Assembly (NCBI GenBank): GCA_047601445.1
Contig: JASGJH010000001.1
Location: 5,664,001-5,728,000, forward strand
Direction of reading: 5' to 3'
DNA from: Myxococcales bacterium
GTDB lineage: Bacteria > Myxococcota_A > Polyangia > Polyangiales > DASUME01
DNA: 64,000 nucleotides
Shown: positions 38,274-49,486 of the stretch, piece after piece
Position numbering within the stretch: the stretch's first letter is position 1
Layout of the letters: each line of letters begins with the position of its first letter
Position numbers and translations under genes: made by a program
The notes under the pieces: generated by a model
Told to the model about the DNA's origin: nothing
Seen by the model: only the letters and a program-made list of their open reading frames with translations
The model's database searches: none

Positions 38274-40004
38274 ATGAAGCGAACGAGCACGGCACACGTG
38301 GGCCTGAGTTTGTGTCTGATGATCGGCGCTGCCTGCGGTGATGACGGCGGTGGCCATCCTGGCAAGCTGCCCGACGGCAGCCCAAACACTGGAAATGACG
38401 CGGGTGCGGACGGCGGTACCCCGGGGGATCACTCGGACTCGGGCACCATGGCACCGGAGGACTACGGCACCTTCACCGGCCTGACCGGCGTCCCCAAGCG
38501 CCTCGCCTTCGACGGCAGTGAGTACTGCGCGCTCGACGCCCAGTCCCACGCGGTGTGCCCGACTGCCTTCTACGATCCACCCACCGACGTGGCATTCGGC
38601 ACAATCGATTTCGACGACGATAACGGCTGCGGAATCGGCCCGGACGGCAAGATCACCTGCTGGGGCAGCGGCTCCACCACCAAAGCGCCGGTCGGTCCCT
38701 TCACTGCGCTCTCCATGGGCGAAGACGATGCCTGCGGCATTCGCCCCAACGGCAAGGTCGTGTGCTGGGGACGTCAGAAGAGCTTCGCGGCTTCCACCAG
38801 CGGTACCTTCGTGGACCTGGCAGTGGACGACGACGCCGTGTGCGCGCTCGACACCGCGGGCCACGTGACCTGCTGGAGCTCCACCTTCAGCACCACCCCG
38901 ACCTACGAGGGCGAGTACAAGCAAGTCGTGCAGCACGCAGGCAACGTCTGTCTGCTCAAGAAAGATGGCTCCGCCACCTGTCCGGACGCGACCTTCCAGC
39001 CGCGGGACGCCGCAGGTCCTTTCGAGTCTCTCACCGTGGGCGCGAGCTTCGCGTGCGGCCTCGATACGGCGGGCAAGATCACGTGCTGGGGCAACGGCGC
39101 GATCACCCGTCTGGCGCCGCCGATCGGTCCGTTCACCGATGTCTGCAACGACTACGAGAACGCCTGCGCGCGGCGCGCCGACGGCACGGTGCAGTGTTGG
39201 GGCGGCACCTGGGGCGACGGCTCTTCGGTGCTCGACTGCAAGATCGACACCGCCAAGTTGAGCGGCACCCTGGGCGGAGCGGCCTACTCCACCACGCGCG
39301 AGAGCACGCCCCAGTACGGCGAGTACGAGTTCACGACCGCGGCCCGCTACGGCTACACGCTCGATGCGCTCGAGACCAACGGCACCGAGCTCGGCCTGCT
39401 CGCCATCACTGCCAACAAGAACCTCTACGGCAACAGCTTGGTCACGGCCCTCAAGGACGGCCAAAGCACGACCATCGACGAAGGTCTCGTGATGCTCGGC
39501 AGCACGGCGGCTGCGCCCGGTCCACTCTACTGCACGGGACCCGGTTCGAGCGCCACCATGCATATCGACGAGCTGCGCGTGACGCTGGCGAATCTACACA
39601 ACCTGGGCACCTGCCCGGGCACGCCGGTGGCGGGCGATGTCACCGTGTGCTGGGGCAGCAACGGCTGCGGCGACGAAGTGACCGGCACCCTCGAGGGCAA
39701 GGAGTTCGCCCCGAATGGGTTCATTCAGGGAGGCCTCGGCGAGGACGGCGGCGACGCCAACGACCTCGACAACACTTTCATGCGTCTGCGCGGCAAGGAC
39801 GGCAAGGTGGACTGGGGCATCATCATCACCGCGCCCGACTCTCCACAGGGCGCGAACGTGTATTGCGTGGGGGCCAACTCCACCATCACCACCACGGGCA
39901 CGGGCTTCAACGAGACGAGCACCTTCGCCCTGAAGAACTTCTCCAAGCTCGGCACCTGCCCGGACACCAACACGGGCGATAGCCTCACGGGCTGCGTGCG
40001 CTGA
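38274..40004 (+). CDS. Lipoprotein with RCC1-like repeats and a duplicated C-terminal domain
   Basis: Lipobox GAAC; repeated CG...DG.ITCWG; LYC.G.GS...L.N...LGTCP motif twice. Confidence 0.78.
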   Translation: MKRTSTAHVGLSLCLMIGAACGDDGGGHPGKLPDGSPNTGNDAGADGGTPGDHSDSGTMAPEDYGTFTGLTGVPKRLAFDGSEYCALDAQSHAVCPTAFYDPPTDVAFGTIDFDDDNGCGIGPDGKITCWGSGSTTKAPVGPFTALSMGEDDACGIRPNGKVVCWGRQKSFAASTSGTFVDLAVDDDAVCALDTAGHVTCWSSTFSTTPTYEGEYKQVVQHAGNVCLLKKDGSATCPDATFQPRDAAGPFESLTVGASFACGLDTAGKITCWGNGAITRLAPPIGPFTDVCNDYENACARRADGTVQCWGGTWGDGSSVLDCKIDTAKLSGTLGGAAYSTTRESTPQYGEYEFTTAARYGYTLDALETNGTELGLLAITANKNLYGNSLVTALKDGQSTTIDEGLVMLGSTAAAPGPLYCTGPGSSATMHIDELRVTLANLHNLGTCPGTPVAGDVTVCWGSNGCGDEVTGTLEGKEFAPNGFIQGGLGEDGGDANDLDNTFMRLRGKDGKVDWGIIITAPDSPQGANVYCVGANSTITTTGTGFNETSTFALKNFSKLGTCPDTNTGDSLTGCVR

Positions 40005-40736
40005 CTACGGCTGCGACGCGCTGCCCGCTGTGCTCAAGGCCGCGCGTAACGCGGTCTCGACGTTGGCGGCGAGCTTGGCGTGGCCCTCGGCCGTGGGATG
40101 TAGGCCGTCTTCGAGGTTGAGCGTGGGGACGCCCGCCACTCCCTGCATGAAGTAGGGCACCAAGGGCACCGACAGCTCCTGGGCGAGCTTGGGGTAGAGC
40201 GCCTCGAAGGCCCCGGCGTAGTCCGCGCCGTAGTTCGGCGGGATGCGCATCCCGAGCAGGAGACAGCCCGCACCCGCCGCGCGCACCTTCTCGACGATCG
40301 CACGCAGGTTGGCCTCGATGGTAGGAACGGGAATCCCGCGCAAACCGTCGTTGGCCCCGAGCTCCAGCACCACGAGTCGCGGCTTCTGTTTGAGGAGCCA
40401 GTCCACGCGCCGCAGTCCGCCCGCGCTGGTGTCGCCGCTGACGCCGGCGTTGAGCAGCCGAAACGGTGCGCCCGAGCTGCCCAAGTTCTTCTCGAGCAGC
40501 GCCGGAAACGCCTGATCGGCCGTCAGATGCAGGCCTGCCGTAATGCTGTCACCGAGAAACACGACGGTTGGAGCGGTGGCAGCAGCAGTGGCCTCGCTGG
40601 GTCCCGGCTGGGGGACCGCCTGCACACTCGCTGGAGCGCTTGTCGCGGTCGCAGCGTCGGTGCACCCTTCGAGCCCGGCGCAGCTCACGTACGCTGCTGC
40701 CAGCGCGAATCGCAGCGTAGAGCACCGGTTCGCCAT
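40005..40736 (-). CDS. tesA: Arylesterase / acyl-CoA thioesterase I (SGNH)
   Basis: FLGDSIT, NAGVSGDT..GGL.R, ELGANDGLRG, PPNYG, DGLHP; divergent from ybbAP. Confidence 0.88.
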   Translation of the reverse strand: MANRCSTLRFALAAAYVSCAGLEGCTDAATATSAPASVQAVPQPGPSEATAAATAPTVVFLGDSITAGLHLTADQAFPALLEKNLGSSGAPFRLLNAGVSGDTSAGGLRRVDWLLKQKPRLVVLELGANDGLRGIPVPTIEANLRAIVEKVRAAGAGCLLLGMRIPPNYGADYAGAFEALYPKLAQELSVPLVPYFMQGVAGVPTLNLEDGLHPTAEGHAKLAANVETALRAALSTAGSASQP

Positions 40737-40745
40737 CGATCTTTC

Positions 40746-40806
40746 GCTCGCGCGCCCGAGGGCGCTCTTCGACTCTCTGCTCGCGTGCCCGAGGGCACGC
40801 TTCGAC
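40746..40806. repeat. Two tandem 28-bp hairpin motifs between divergent tesA and ybbA
   Basis: GCTCGCGCGCCCGAGGGCGCTCTTCGAC and GCTCGCGTGCCCGAGGGCACGCTTCGAC; third copy at 36080-36107. Confidence 0.6.
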
Positions 40807-40821
40807 CTGAAACGAGACAGC

Positions 40822-41543
<722 letters not shown>

Positions 41544-41547
<4 letters not shown>

Positions 41548-44099
41548 AGGCCGCGCTCACGCTACGCATGATCCTGCGACAGGCCCGCGGTGCGCGCGGC
41601 CGGCTGGCGGTGTTGGCGCTGTGCATCACCGTCGGCGTGGCCGCGTTGGTCGCCGTGTCCTCTCTGGTGGAAGGGGTGGAGCGCGGCATTCGCGTGCGCG
41701 CGCGGGAGCTCCTGGGTGGCGATCTCGCGCTCGAGTCACGCCGCCCCCTACCCGATGCTCGCCCCTACTTTCCAGCCTCCATTGCGCCCACGCGTATGCG
41801 CCAGGTGGACATGAGCGTGCTCTCCACCATGGCCAGCAACCCCGCCGGGGCGAGCCGCCTGGTGGAGGTCAAGGCGGTGGACACCTCCCGCGGCCAGTTC
41901 CCGCTGGCGGGCAAGCTCGAACTCGATCCCGCGCGCCCACTCTCGGAGCTGCTCGACGATCACTCGGTCTTGGTGGCGCCCGAGCTGCTCGCGACGCTCT
42001 CCCTGCGGCATGGCGACTCCCTGCGCATCGGCGCGCTCGACTTCCGCATCGCGGGCAGCGTGCAGCGCGAGCCTGACCCGCTCACCTTTTCGCTCTCACT
42101 CGGTCCGCGTGTGCTGTTGACCAAGCGCGCACTGGAGTCCACGGGGCTCTTGAGCTTCGGCAGCCGCGTCGTGCATCGCAGTCTGTTCGCCTTCGATCCG
42201 GGCCTCACCGATCACGAGCTCGACGAGCTCAAGCTCGCGCTCGAGCGCAGTGTGCCCGGAGGCGGCAGCTTCGTGAGCGTCGAGACCCGCAACGAGGCGC
42301 AGCCTGCCCTGCGCCGCACCCTCGAGCGTACGCGGCGCTACTTGGGCCTGGTGGCGCTGCTCTCTCTGTTGGTGGCCTGCGTCGGTGTGGCGCAGACGGT
42401 GTCCACCTGGTTGCGCGAGACGCTACCTCAGGTGGCCGCCTTGCGCTGCATGGGCCTCACGGCGTGGGAGATCTTCGGGCTGCATGCGGGCTTGGTGCTG
42501 CTCACGGCGACGGTGGGTAGCTTGATCGGCAGCTTGCTGGGCGCCTCGGTGCCCATGCTGGTGGCGCGCCTCGAACCAGACCTGATCCCGCCAGCGCTGG
42601 CTTCTTTCGTTCCCGTCGAGTCCCTGCTGCTCGGTCTCGCGCTCGGCATCGGCGTGGCCGTGATCTTCAGCTTGCCCGCGCTCACGGCGGTGTGGCGCGT
42701 GCCCCCAGCACGCGTGCTGCGCAGCGAAGCCGCGCCGTTACCTGCCCCCCGCGCCGTGATCACCGGTGCCTTGCTCATGGTGGCTGCTGGACTGATCGCG
42801 GCCGCCTATCTGCAAACCCACGAGCTTAGTCTCGCGCTCGGGTTCACCGCCGCGGTGAGCGCCTTCACGGGCATCCTCTGGCTCGCCGCACGCGGCCTGC
42901 TGTGGGCCGTGGCGCGCTTGCCGCGCGAACGCATGGGGCCCTACTTGCGCCATGGCACGGCCGCCTTGAGCCGACCCGGAGCGGGTAGCGTGGCCGCGAT
43001 GTTGGCGCTGGGGCTCGGCACGCTGGTGGTCTCGAGCATCACGCTGCTCGAAGACGTCCTCGGACGCGAGATCCACACGGCCCTTCCGACCGACGCACCC
43101 AGCGTGTTCCTGGTGGATATCCAGCCCGATCAGTGGCCCGGCCTCGAAGCCCTCGCGCGAGAGCGTGGCGCCCGCAACGTACAGAGCGTGCCCGTGGTGA
43201 TGGCACGGCTTTCCCACGTGGATGGCCGCACGGTGGACACGCTGCTCAAGGAGCGCGGCGGCAATCCCAACGAGAAGCAGCGCGTGCACTGGGTCCTCAC
43301 GCGCGAGCAGCGCATCAGTTGGGTTCAGGAGCTGCCCGCCGACAACAAGATCCTCGAGGGTCGCCTCTGGCAAGATCCCGATCCCCACGAGGTCAGCCTG
43401 GAGGCCGAGTTCGCCAAGGACCTGGGGGCCCAGCTCGGCAGCGTGCTGCGCTTCGACGTGCAGGGCATACCGATGGACTTCAAGGTGACCAGCCTGCGCA
43501 GCGTGGTGTGGCGCAGCTTCTCCATGAACTTCTTCATGTTCACGGAGCCCGGCGCGCTCGACGACGCACCGCAAATCCGCCTGGGCGGCGTGCGCCTCGC
43601 GCCCGCGGCCGAGCAGCCCTTTCAGGACGAAGTCGCCAAGCGCTACCCGAACGTGACCGTGTTGAAGGTCCAGGAGTTGCTCGAGCGCGCAGGCGGCATT
43701 CTCGAACAAGTAGCCCTGGCCGTGCGCCTGCTCGGCGGCTTCGCCGTGCTCACGGGACTCTTGATCCTGGTGGGCACCGTGGCCGCCACCCACTTGCGAC
43801 GCGCACGCGAAGCCGCTCTTTTGAAGGCGCTCGGACTGACGCGCGCGAGTGTGCTGAAGCTACTCGTCATCGAGTACGCCCTGCTGGGCAGCGTGGCGGG
43901 ACTGCTGGGTGCCGCGGGCGCGTATGCTCTGGTCTCGCAGGTGGCCTATCGAGTGCTCGAGATGGACTCCGCACCATCCGTCCCACTGACGATGATTAGC
44001 CTCGGTTCCACCGTGGTCCTCGCAACCCTGGGTGGACTCGCCGCTAGCGTGCGCGCACTGTTGGTGCCTCCCCTCGCGGTGCTCCGCCAAGAGAGCTGA
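41544..44099 (+). CDS. ybbP: ABC transporter permease (YbbP, two FtsX domains)
   Basis: GTGA overlap with ybbA; ARELLGGDL, PSVFLVDIQPDQ, LRSV.W.SF..NFF, REAALLKALG. Confidence 0.85.
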
Positions 44100-44110
44100 C
44101 CTGTAGATCG

Positions 44111-44170
44111 CGACGGTCATTGACGTGGGCGTTGACGGTGCGTTGACGGCGACGGCGACGGCGACGTGAA
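44111..44170. repeat. GACGGC/GTTGAC hexamer simple repeat downstream of ybbP
   Basis: TTGACGTGGGCGTTGACGGTGCGTTGACGGCGACGGCGACGGCGACGTG. Confidence 0.55.
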
Positions 44171-44313
44171 CCCGAGCGCCCCCATTGACTCTCGGCCTCT
44201 CTCCCGCCTCTCACCCCTGCGTGGCCTTGACCCGCCCATGGGACGCGAATAGGCGTAGCCCTCACAAGGTAGGGACGAACCACGTCACCGCACCATCTTC
44301 CGGAGGGGCCTCT

Positions 44314-45102
44314 ATGCAGCTTTCAGGATCTCAATCGCTCACACGCGTGGCCAGTTTGGCGGCGCTAGCATTCGTTGCCGCCTGCATGGGCGAAGTGGGC
44401 GACGATGGCGAGCCGCTCGATACCGCAGGCGAGCAGGAGCTCGACACCGAAGGCCAGGGCAGGCAGGTTTTCGGAACGAGTCAGGGTCTAACGGATCGTC
44501 AATGCGATCCGCATCCCAACGAGGTTGGGCTTTGGGTCAACACCAACTACACGGGGGCGTGCACACTCTGGCCGATCGGTGCCTATTCTTCGGTGCCCGC
44601 GGTCCTCAACGACGCCATCTCCTCTTTCAAGGTCGGAGATGGCGCTACGGTCAAGCTGTGTGCGAACCCCGACTTCGGCGGAGGCTGTACACGAGTTCTT
44701 ATCGGCAACAGGTCGGATCTGAGTACGGAAGCCAGAGTCGAGAACGCGCTGACTATCAACAATGTTACAAGTTCAGTTTTTGTAGGGCAGGCAAATAACA
44801 CTGCCGTGTATGTCGCAGAAGGTCCGGACATCTGGAGCGCCAGTATGTCGCCGCTTACCATCGGCAACTACAATACGGCCGGCTCCATGGGTATTCAGAA
44901 CGATGCACTCTCGTCGCTCATGATTGCGGGGGGCTACGGTGTGATTCTCTACACGGGCAACAACTACACGGGGTCGTCCGTGAGGTTTGACAACCCCTCT
45001 TCCAGTCCTTCGACCTGGCTGTCTGTGCAACTAGACCAGGGAGCCGGTGCGCCCAATGTGCCCGATAACTCTGTGAGCTCGATCAAGGTGTATCGTCTCT
45101 AG
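44314..45102 (+). CDS. Beta/gamma-crystallin (Protein S-like) lipoprotein
   Basis: RBS GGAGGG; lipobox VAAC; Greek-key motifs NYTG...NDAISS.KV, DFGG...NNVTSS, NDALSS, NYTG...DNSVSSIKV. Confidence 0.8.
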   Translation: MQLSGSQSLTRVASLAALAFVAACMGEVGDDGEPLDTAGEQELDTEGQGRQVFGTSQGLTDRQCDPHPNEVGLWVNTNYTGACTLWPIGAYSSVPAVLNDAISSFKVGDGATVKLCANPDFGGGCTRVLIGNRSDLSTEARVENALTINNVTSSVFVGQANNTAVYVAEGPDIWSASMSPLTIGNYNTAGSMGIQNDALSSLMIAGGYGVILYTGNNYTGSSVRFDNPSSSPSTWLSVQLDQGAGAPNVPDNSVSSIKVYRL

Positions 45103-45596
45103 CTTTTCGTTGAGTTCCGAGATTGCCTCCTACTCACTGCGAGCTCTCCGACGCACAGCGGTAGAGAGCCATCGGTTCGCCAGTCATACGTGCTCAGCAC
45201 GACGACCAGGCGACGAGCAAGCCCGCGACGAGAATGACCGCCGCTACGGGTCGCCCAGCTCGCAGCGGTGCCAGCTGACGGCGACCTGCAGCGAGCAGCG
45301 CGACGCCGATGAGGCGAAGAACACCTGGCTGCATAGTGGAAGAAGCAGCGATGAGGCCCCGATGCTTCTTCCTCTGCCTCCGCCGACGGAACCGACTGAA
45401 CCGCTTCGAGCAGGGCGTTCATTCCCGCGCACCACCAATCTGCACGCCGCTCTACACTCCCTCGCGAACTAGCCGGAATCACCCCGGCTTTCGCAGCGCA
45501 CGGGCTCACAGCTTGCATCTCGACGGCTCCACCACGTGAGGCGTTGGCAAGAGCCGGCGCAACACGTGTGAACGCCTACGGGCGGATCCGCCCGTC

Positions 45597-47186
45597 TTGC
45601 CGCGAGACCCCTCGGAGTCCTTCGTGTTCGTATCCTATTGTGTCGCGCAGCTTCGTCTGTGCGCGGTGTGCCTCGTGTTGTCGCTCGCGAACTTGGTGGC
45701 CTCGTCTGCCGAGGCGCAAAGCGTGTCGTACTCGTCCGTGCCGCGCCTGCGTGATCCCGTGGTGGCTTACGCTGAACTCCACCGCCCCGGCCCACGTCGC
45801 CTGTGGCTGACGGCGCTGGAGGAAGCCGCATTCTTGGGAATCGGCGCAGGTTGGTACTTCTTGGACAAGGGCACCAACATCGTCGACTGGGACAATCCAG
45901 CCTGGGATCAGCGCTTCACGCGCCACGTGCTGCGCCTCGACAACAACGCCTTCCCCATCAACTTCGTGTGGCACCCGCTCTCGGGCGCGGCCTTCCACGC
46001 CGCCGCACGCGCCAACGGCAGCTCACTGTTCGGAGCGATGGCCTTCTCGGCCTTCACCTCGGCGGCCTGGGAATACCTGGTGGAGTTCCGCGAGAAGGTC
46101 AGTGTGAACGACTTAATCGTCACACCCGTGGCCGGCATCGCGCTGGGCGAGTTTGCCTCGCAACTAGGGCGCTACCTACACCGCACGGCACGCCACCCCA
46201 CCCGCGTGCAGCGCACCTTCGGTTGGTTGTTCGGACCCATGGAGGCCATCCACAACGGGCGTCGGCCTTCGCGCGGACTCGGCACACCCGCCGACAATCT
46301 CGGCTTTAGCGCGGACATTTGGCATCGCTTCTCCCTGCAGGCGGGCTACGCAGCGGGCCTCGATTGGGTGCCACGCAGCGCGCACCTCGACAGCGAGTCC
46401 GTTCGTGGAGCGGAGCTGCGCAGCGAGCTCGAGCTCGTGGCCGTCCCCTCTCACCTACACGCGGGCTCATTTCGGCGCTTCTTCCATGACGCAGATGTCA
46501 CACGTCTGCGCCTGCGAGGAAGCCTGGGTCCCGCTCAGCAGCAGGACATCGACCTGTTCGCCCAGAGCACCCTGTTCGGCTTCTATCAGCAACGCATGCC
46601 CGAGCCCGGTCAGGGCCACAGCTGGCTCGCAGGCTTTCAGCTGGCCTATCGATACCGACGCATGAGCTTCGGCGAATTCACCGACGACCTCGGGCTCGCA
46701 CTGGGCGGCCTGAGTCTGCGCAGCTGGACCCGCACGCGAAACTGCCTGGTGGACATCGGACTCGACGTGGGCCCCGGCATGTCCGGCATCCACTCCTTTC
46801 GCTACGACGACTGGGCCAACGAGCACACCAGCGAGGTCGGCAAAAGCATCCTGGAGAAACACGGCTACTCCTACGGCTTCGGTGGTTGGGGCCAGTTCAC
46901 CTTGGCCATCGAGAGCGAGTTCGTGCGCCTCACCACGCGCCTCCACGCCGGCCAGTACGACTCCAAGCAAGGCCTCGACCGCACCCAGGAGAAAGTCACC
47001 GACGACGCTCCCACCCGAGAGCGCCTGCTCGACCTCGAAGGCATCTTCGAGCTCATGCCCTTCCGAGAAAATGGCTTCACGATCGCGCTGTCGCTGCTCT
47101 CGCAATTGCGTACGTCGCAGATCGACGAGCTGTTGGGCAAGGCGCGGCTGACGCGGGCGTTCGTATTGAGCGGGTGGACGTTTTAG
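45597..47186 (+). CDS. DUF3943-domain outer membrane protein
   Basis: DNNAF.INF..HP..GA..H..ARANG, WEY..E.RE..S.NDLI.TP..G..LGE; C-terminal GWTF. The start is uncertain. Confidence 0.75.
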   Translation: MPRDPSESFVFVSYCVAQLRLCAVCLVLSLANLVASSAEAQSVSYSSVPRLRDPVVAYAELHRPGPRRLWLTALEEAAFLGIGAGWYFLDKGTNIVDWDNPAWDQRFTRHVLRLDNNAFPINFVWHPLSGAAFHAAARANGSSLFGAMAFSAFTSAAWEYLVEFREKVSVNDLIVTPVAGIALGEFASQLGRYLHRTARHPTRVQRTFGWLFGPMEAIHNGRRPSRGLGTPADNLGFSADIWHRFSLQAGYAAGLDWVPRSAHLDSESVRGAELRSELELVAVPSHLHAGSFRRFFHDADVTRLRLRGSLGPAQQQDIDLFAQSTLFGFYQQRMPEPGQGHSWLAGFQLAYRYRRMSFGEFTDDLGLALGGLSLRSWTRTRNCLVDIGLDVGPGMSGIHSFRYDDWANEHTSEVGKSILEKHGYSYGFGGWGQFTLAIESEFVRLTTRLHAGQYDSKQGLDRTQEKVTDDAPTRERLLDLEGIFELMPFRENGFTIALSLLSQLRTSQIDELLGKARLTRAFVLSGWTF

Positions 47187-47190
47187 AGAG

Positions 47191-48367
47191 CTAGTTGGGT
47201 GTCGCGGGAGTTCGCGGCTGCATCCCTTGCTCGAGCACCCTCATCAGATTGAGTCCCATGATCTTCGCGATGTCGTCCTCGGAGAAGCCCTGATCGATCA
47301 ACGCCTGGGTGACTGCCGCCAGCTGCGACGCATCGAACCCCGTGGTCACCGCGCCGTCAAAATCCGAGCCCAGCGCCGCATGATCGATGCCCACCAACTT
47401 CACGACATGCGCGATCGCACGCGCCACCGCGCGCGGCTCGAGTGAGCACACCGCGCCTTCCCAGTAGCCGATACCGATCACGCCGCCCGTGCGGGCGATG
47501 CCACGGATTTCGGTGTCGGTCAGGTTGCGATTCACTTTGCAGGTGGCCTGCACGCCGCCGTGGCTCGAGACCACGGGGCGCTTGGCGAGTCGCAGGATCT
47601 CGGCCACCGCCGTGTGGCTCGCGTGGGCGACGTCGACGATCATGCCGAGCTCCTCCATGCGTCGCAGCACGTCGCGCCCGAGCGCCGTGAGGCCGCCCTT
47701 CTTCACGCCGTGCATGGAGCCCGACACGTCGTTGTCGAAGAAGTGCGCGAGGCCAGCCATGCGAAAGCCGTGGGCATGGAGTACGTCGAGGTTTTCGAGC
47801 TTGCCCTCCAGATCTTGCAGGCCCTCGATCGAGAGCACGCCGCCCACCACCTTCTGCCGCGTGCGCGCTTGGCGCAGGCTCTGAAGGTCGCGTGGGTCAC
47901 GCACGGCCTGCAATGAACCGCCCGCGTTCTCCACCGCGCGCTGGAACTTCTGCGCATGGAAGAGTGAGCGCTCGAGCAACGAACCCCAGGTACGCGGCGG
48001 CTGCAGTTGCACGATGGTGAGCAGCGTGATGTTGTCGGTGTCTGCGGGATTGGAGTTGTAGTTCTGGTGCCGCGGCGTCTTGGTCACCGAAGAGAAGACT
48101 TGGAGCGCGTAGTTGCCCTCGAGTAGCCGTGGCAGGTCCACCATGCCGCGCTCCGAGCGCTCCACCAACGAACGTCTCCAGAGCAGGGTATCGGCGTGCA
48201 TGTCGGCCACCAACAGCCGCGCGTGCAGGGCCCGCGCCCGCTCGGAGATTCTGGAGGCGCACCGGCGTCACGCGATTGAGGGACTTCTCCACCGAAGGCG
48301 AAAGCACGGCGGAAGTCAGCCAAAGCAGCGCCCCGAACAGCACCAGAACCACGAGCCACCTGCGCAT
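47191..48367 (-). CDS. Membrane dipeptidase (M19), split by a 1-nt frameshift at ~48250
   Basis: D.HAD, VDLPRL, SIEG, DVAHAS, SHGG, RNL.D, LGSDFDG; the N-terminal anchor MRRWLVVLVLFG is in another frame and joins when base 48250 is removed. Confidence 0.88.
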
Positions 48368-48456
48368 CGAACCTCCGCACCGAACCACCCGCGCGAGCGC
48401 ATCCTTGCACGGGAGTTTGCCCGCGCCCATGCTCCCTGGGCCGTACGATTGGAGAG

Positions 48457-48878
48457 AAGCGAGCCACTTCGTGAGAGAAGCGAACCTCGCGGAGGGGTGG
48501 GTCCCAGCGCGGCTTTGCCGGGCTGGGCGGGGAGGTCCCGTGACCTCCCCGTATAAAGGACACAAGCGAGCCACTTCGTGAGAGAAGCGAACCTCGCGGA
48601 GGGGTGGGTCCCAGCGCGGCTTTGCCGGGCTGGGCGGGGAGGTCGCGTGACCTCCCCGTTCAAAGGACACAAGCGAGCCACTTCGTGAGAGAAGCGAACC
48701 TCGCGGAGGGGTGGGTCCCAGCGCGGCTTTGCCGGGCTGGGCGGGGAGGTCGCGTGACCTCCCCGTTCAAAGGACACAAGCGAGCCACTTCGTGAGAGAA
48801 GCGAACCTCGCGGAGGGGTGGGTCCCAGCGCGGCTTTGCCGGGCTGGGCGGGGAGGTCGCGTGACCTCCCCGTATAAA
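48457..48878. repeat. Tandem array of four 107-bp multi-hairpin units (BIME/REP-like)
   Basis: Units start at 48457, 48564, 48671 and 48778; each contains CCCAGCGCGGC-TTT-GCCGGGCTGGG and CGGGGAGGTC-GCGT-GACCTCCCCG. Confidence 0.95.
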
Positions 48879-48894
48879 AGATGAGGAGGGGAAT

Positions 48895-49449
48895 ATGGGA
48901 ATCTTCGGATTGGGGCTCGTGGCAGCGGGGGCGGGGGTTGCCTTTATGGCCTCGCGCAAACCCGACAACTTCAGCATCTCACGGCGCGCCTTGCTCAAGG
49001 CCTCGCCCGAGGCGCTGTTTCCGTTGGTCAACGACTTCCACCGCTGGACCACCTGGTCCCCCTGGGAGAAGTTCGACCCGAACCTCCAGCGCACCTATGC
49101 GGGGCCCGAGCTGGGCGTGGGTGCTTCCTATGAGTGGTCGGGCAACAACCAGGCTGGCTCCGGCAAGATGACCATCCAGGAGAGCACGCCCAACCAGCGC
49201 ATCATCATCGAGCTCGTGTTCACCAAGCCCATGGCCGCCACCAACCGCACCGAGTTCCTCTTCACGCCCAAAGACGGCGGCACCGAAGTGAGCTGGACCA
49301 TGAGCGGCACCAACAGCTTCGTGAAGAAGCTGTTCCTGGTGTTCATCGACATGGAGAAGTTCGTGGGCCCGCAATTCGAAGAGGGGCTGAAGAGCCTCGA
49401 GCGCGTGGCGAGTGGTGGCGGGGAGAAGCAGTTGAGCTCGGAGGTCTAG
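48895..49449 (+). CDS. SRPBCC (polyketide cyclase/START-like) protein
   Basis: F.ISR...A.PE.LF..VNDF..W..WSPW..DP, G.GA.YEW.GN..G.G.M, FEEGL..L. Confidence 0.9.
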   Translation: MGIFGLGLVAAGAGVAFMASRKPDNFSISRRALLKASPEALFPLVNDFHRWTTWSPWEKFDPNLQRTYAGPELGVGASYEWSGNNQAGSGKMTIQESTPNQRIIIELVFTKPMAATNRTEFLFTPKDGGTEVSWTMSGTNSFVKKLFLVFIDMEKFVGPQFEEGLKSLERVASGGGEKQLSSEV

Positions 49450-49486
49450 GCGGCCCTGATTGGAACTGCCGATTGCTTCCTCCGAC

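Noticed and set aside
45105..45520. Possible membrane-protein remnant on the minus strand
   Set aside because: Short hydrophobic fragments in several frames with no recognisable family
48457..48878. CRISPR array
   Set aside because: No unique spacers, 107-bp near-identical units, and no cas genes
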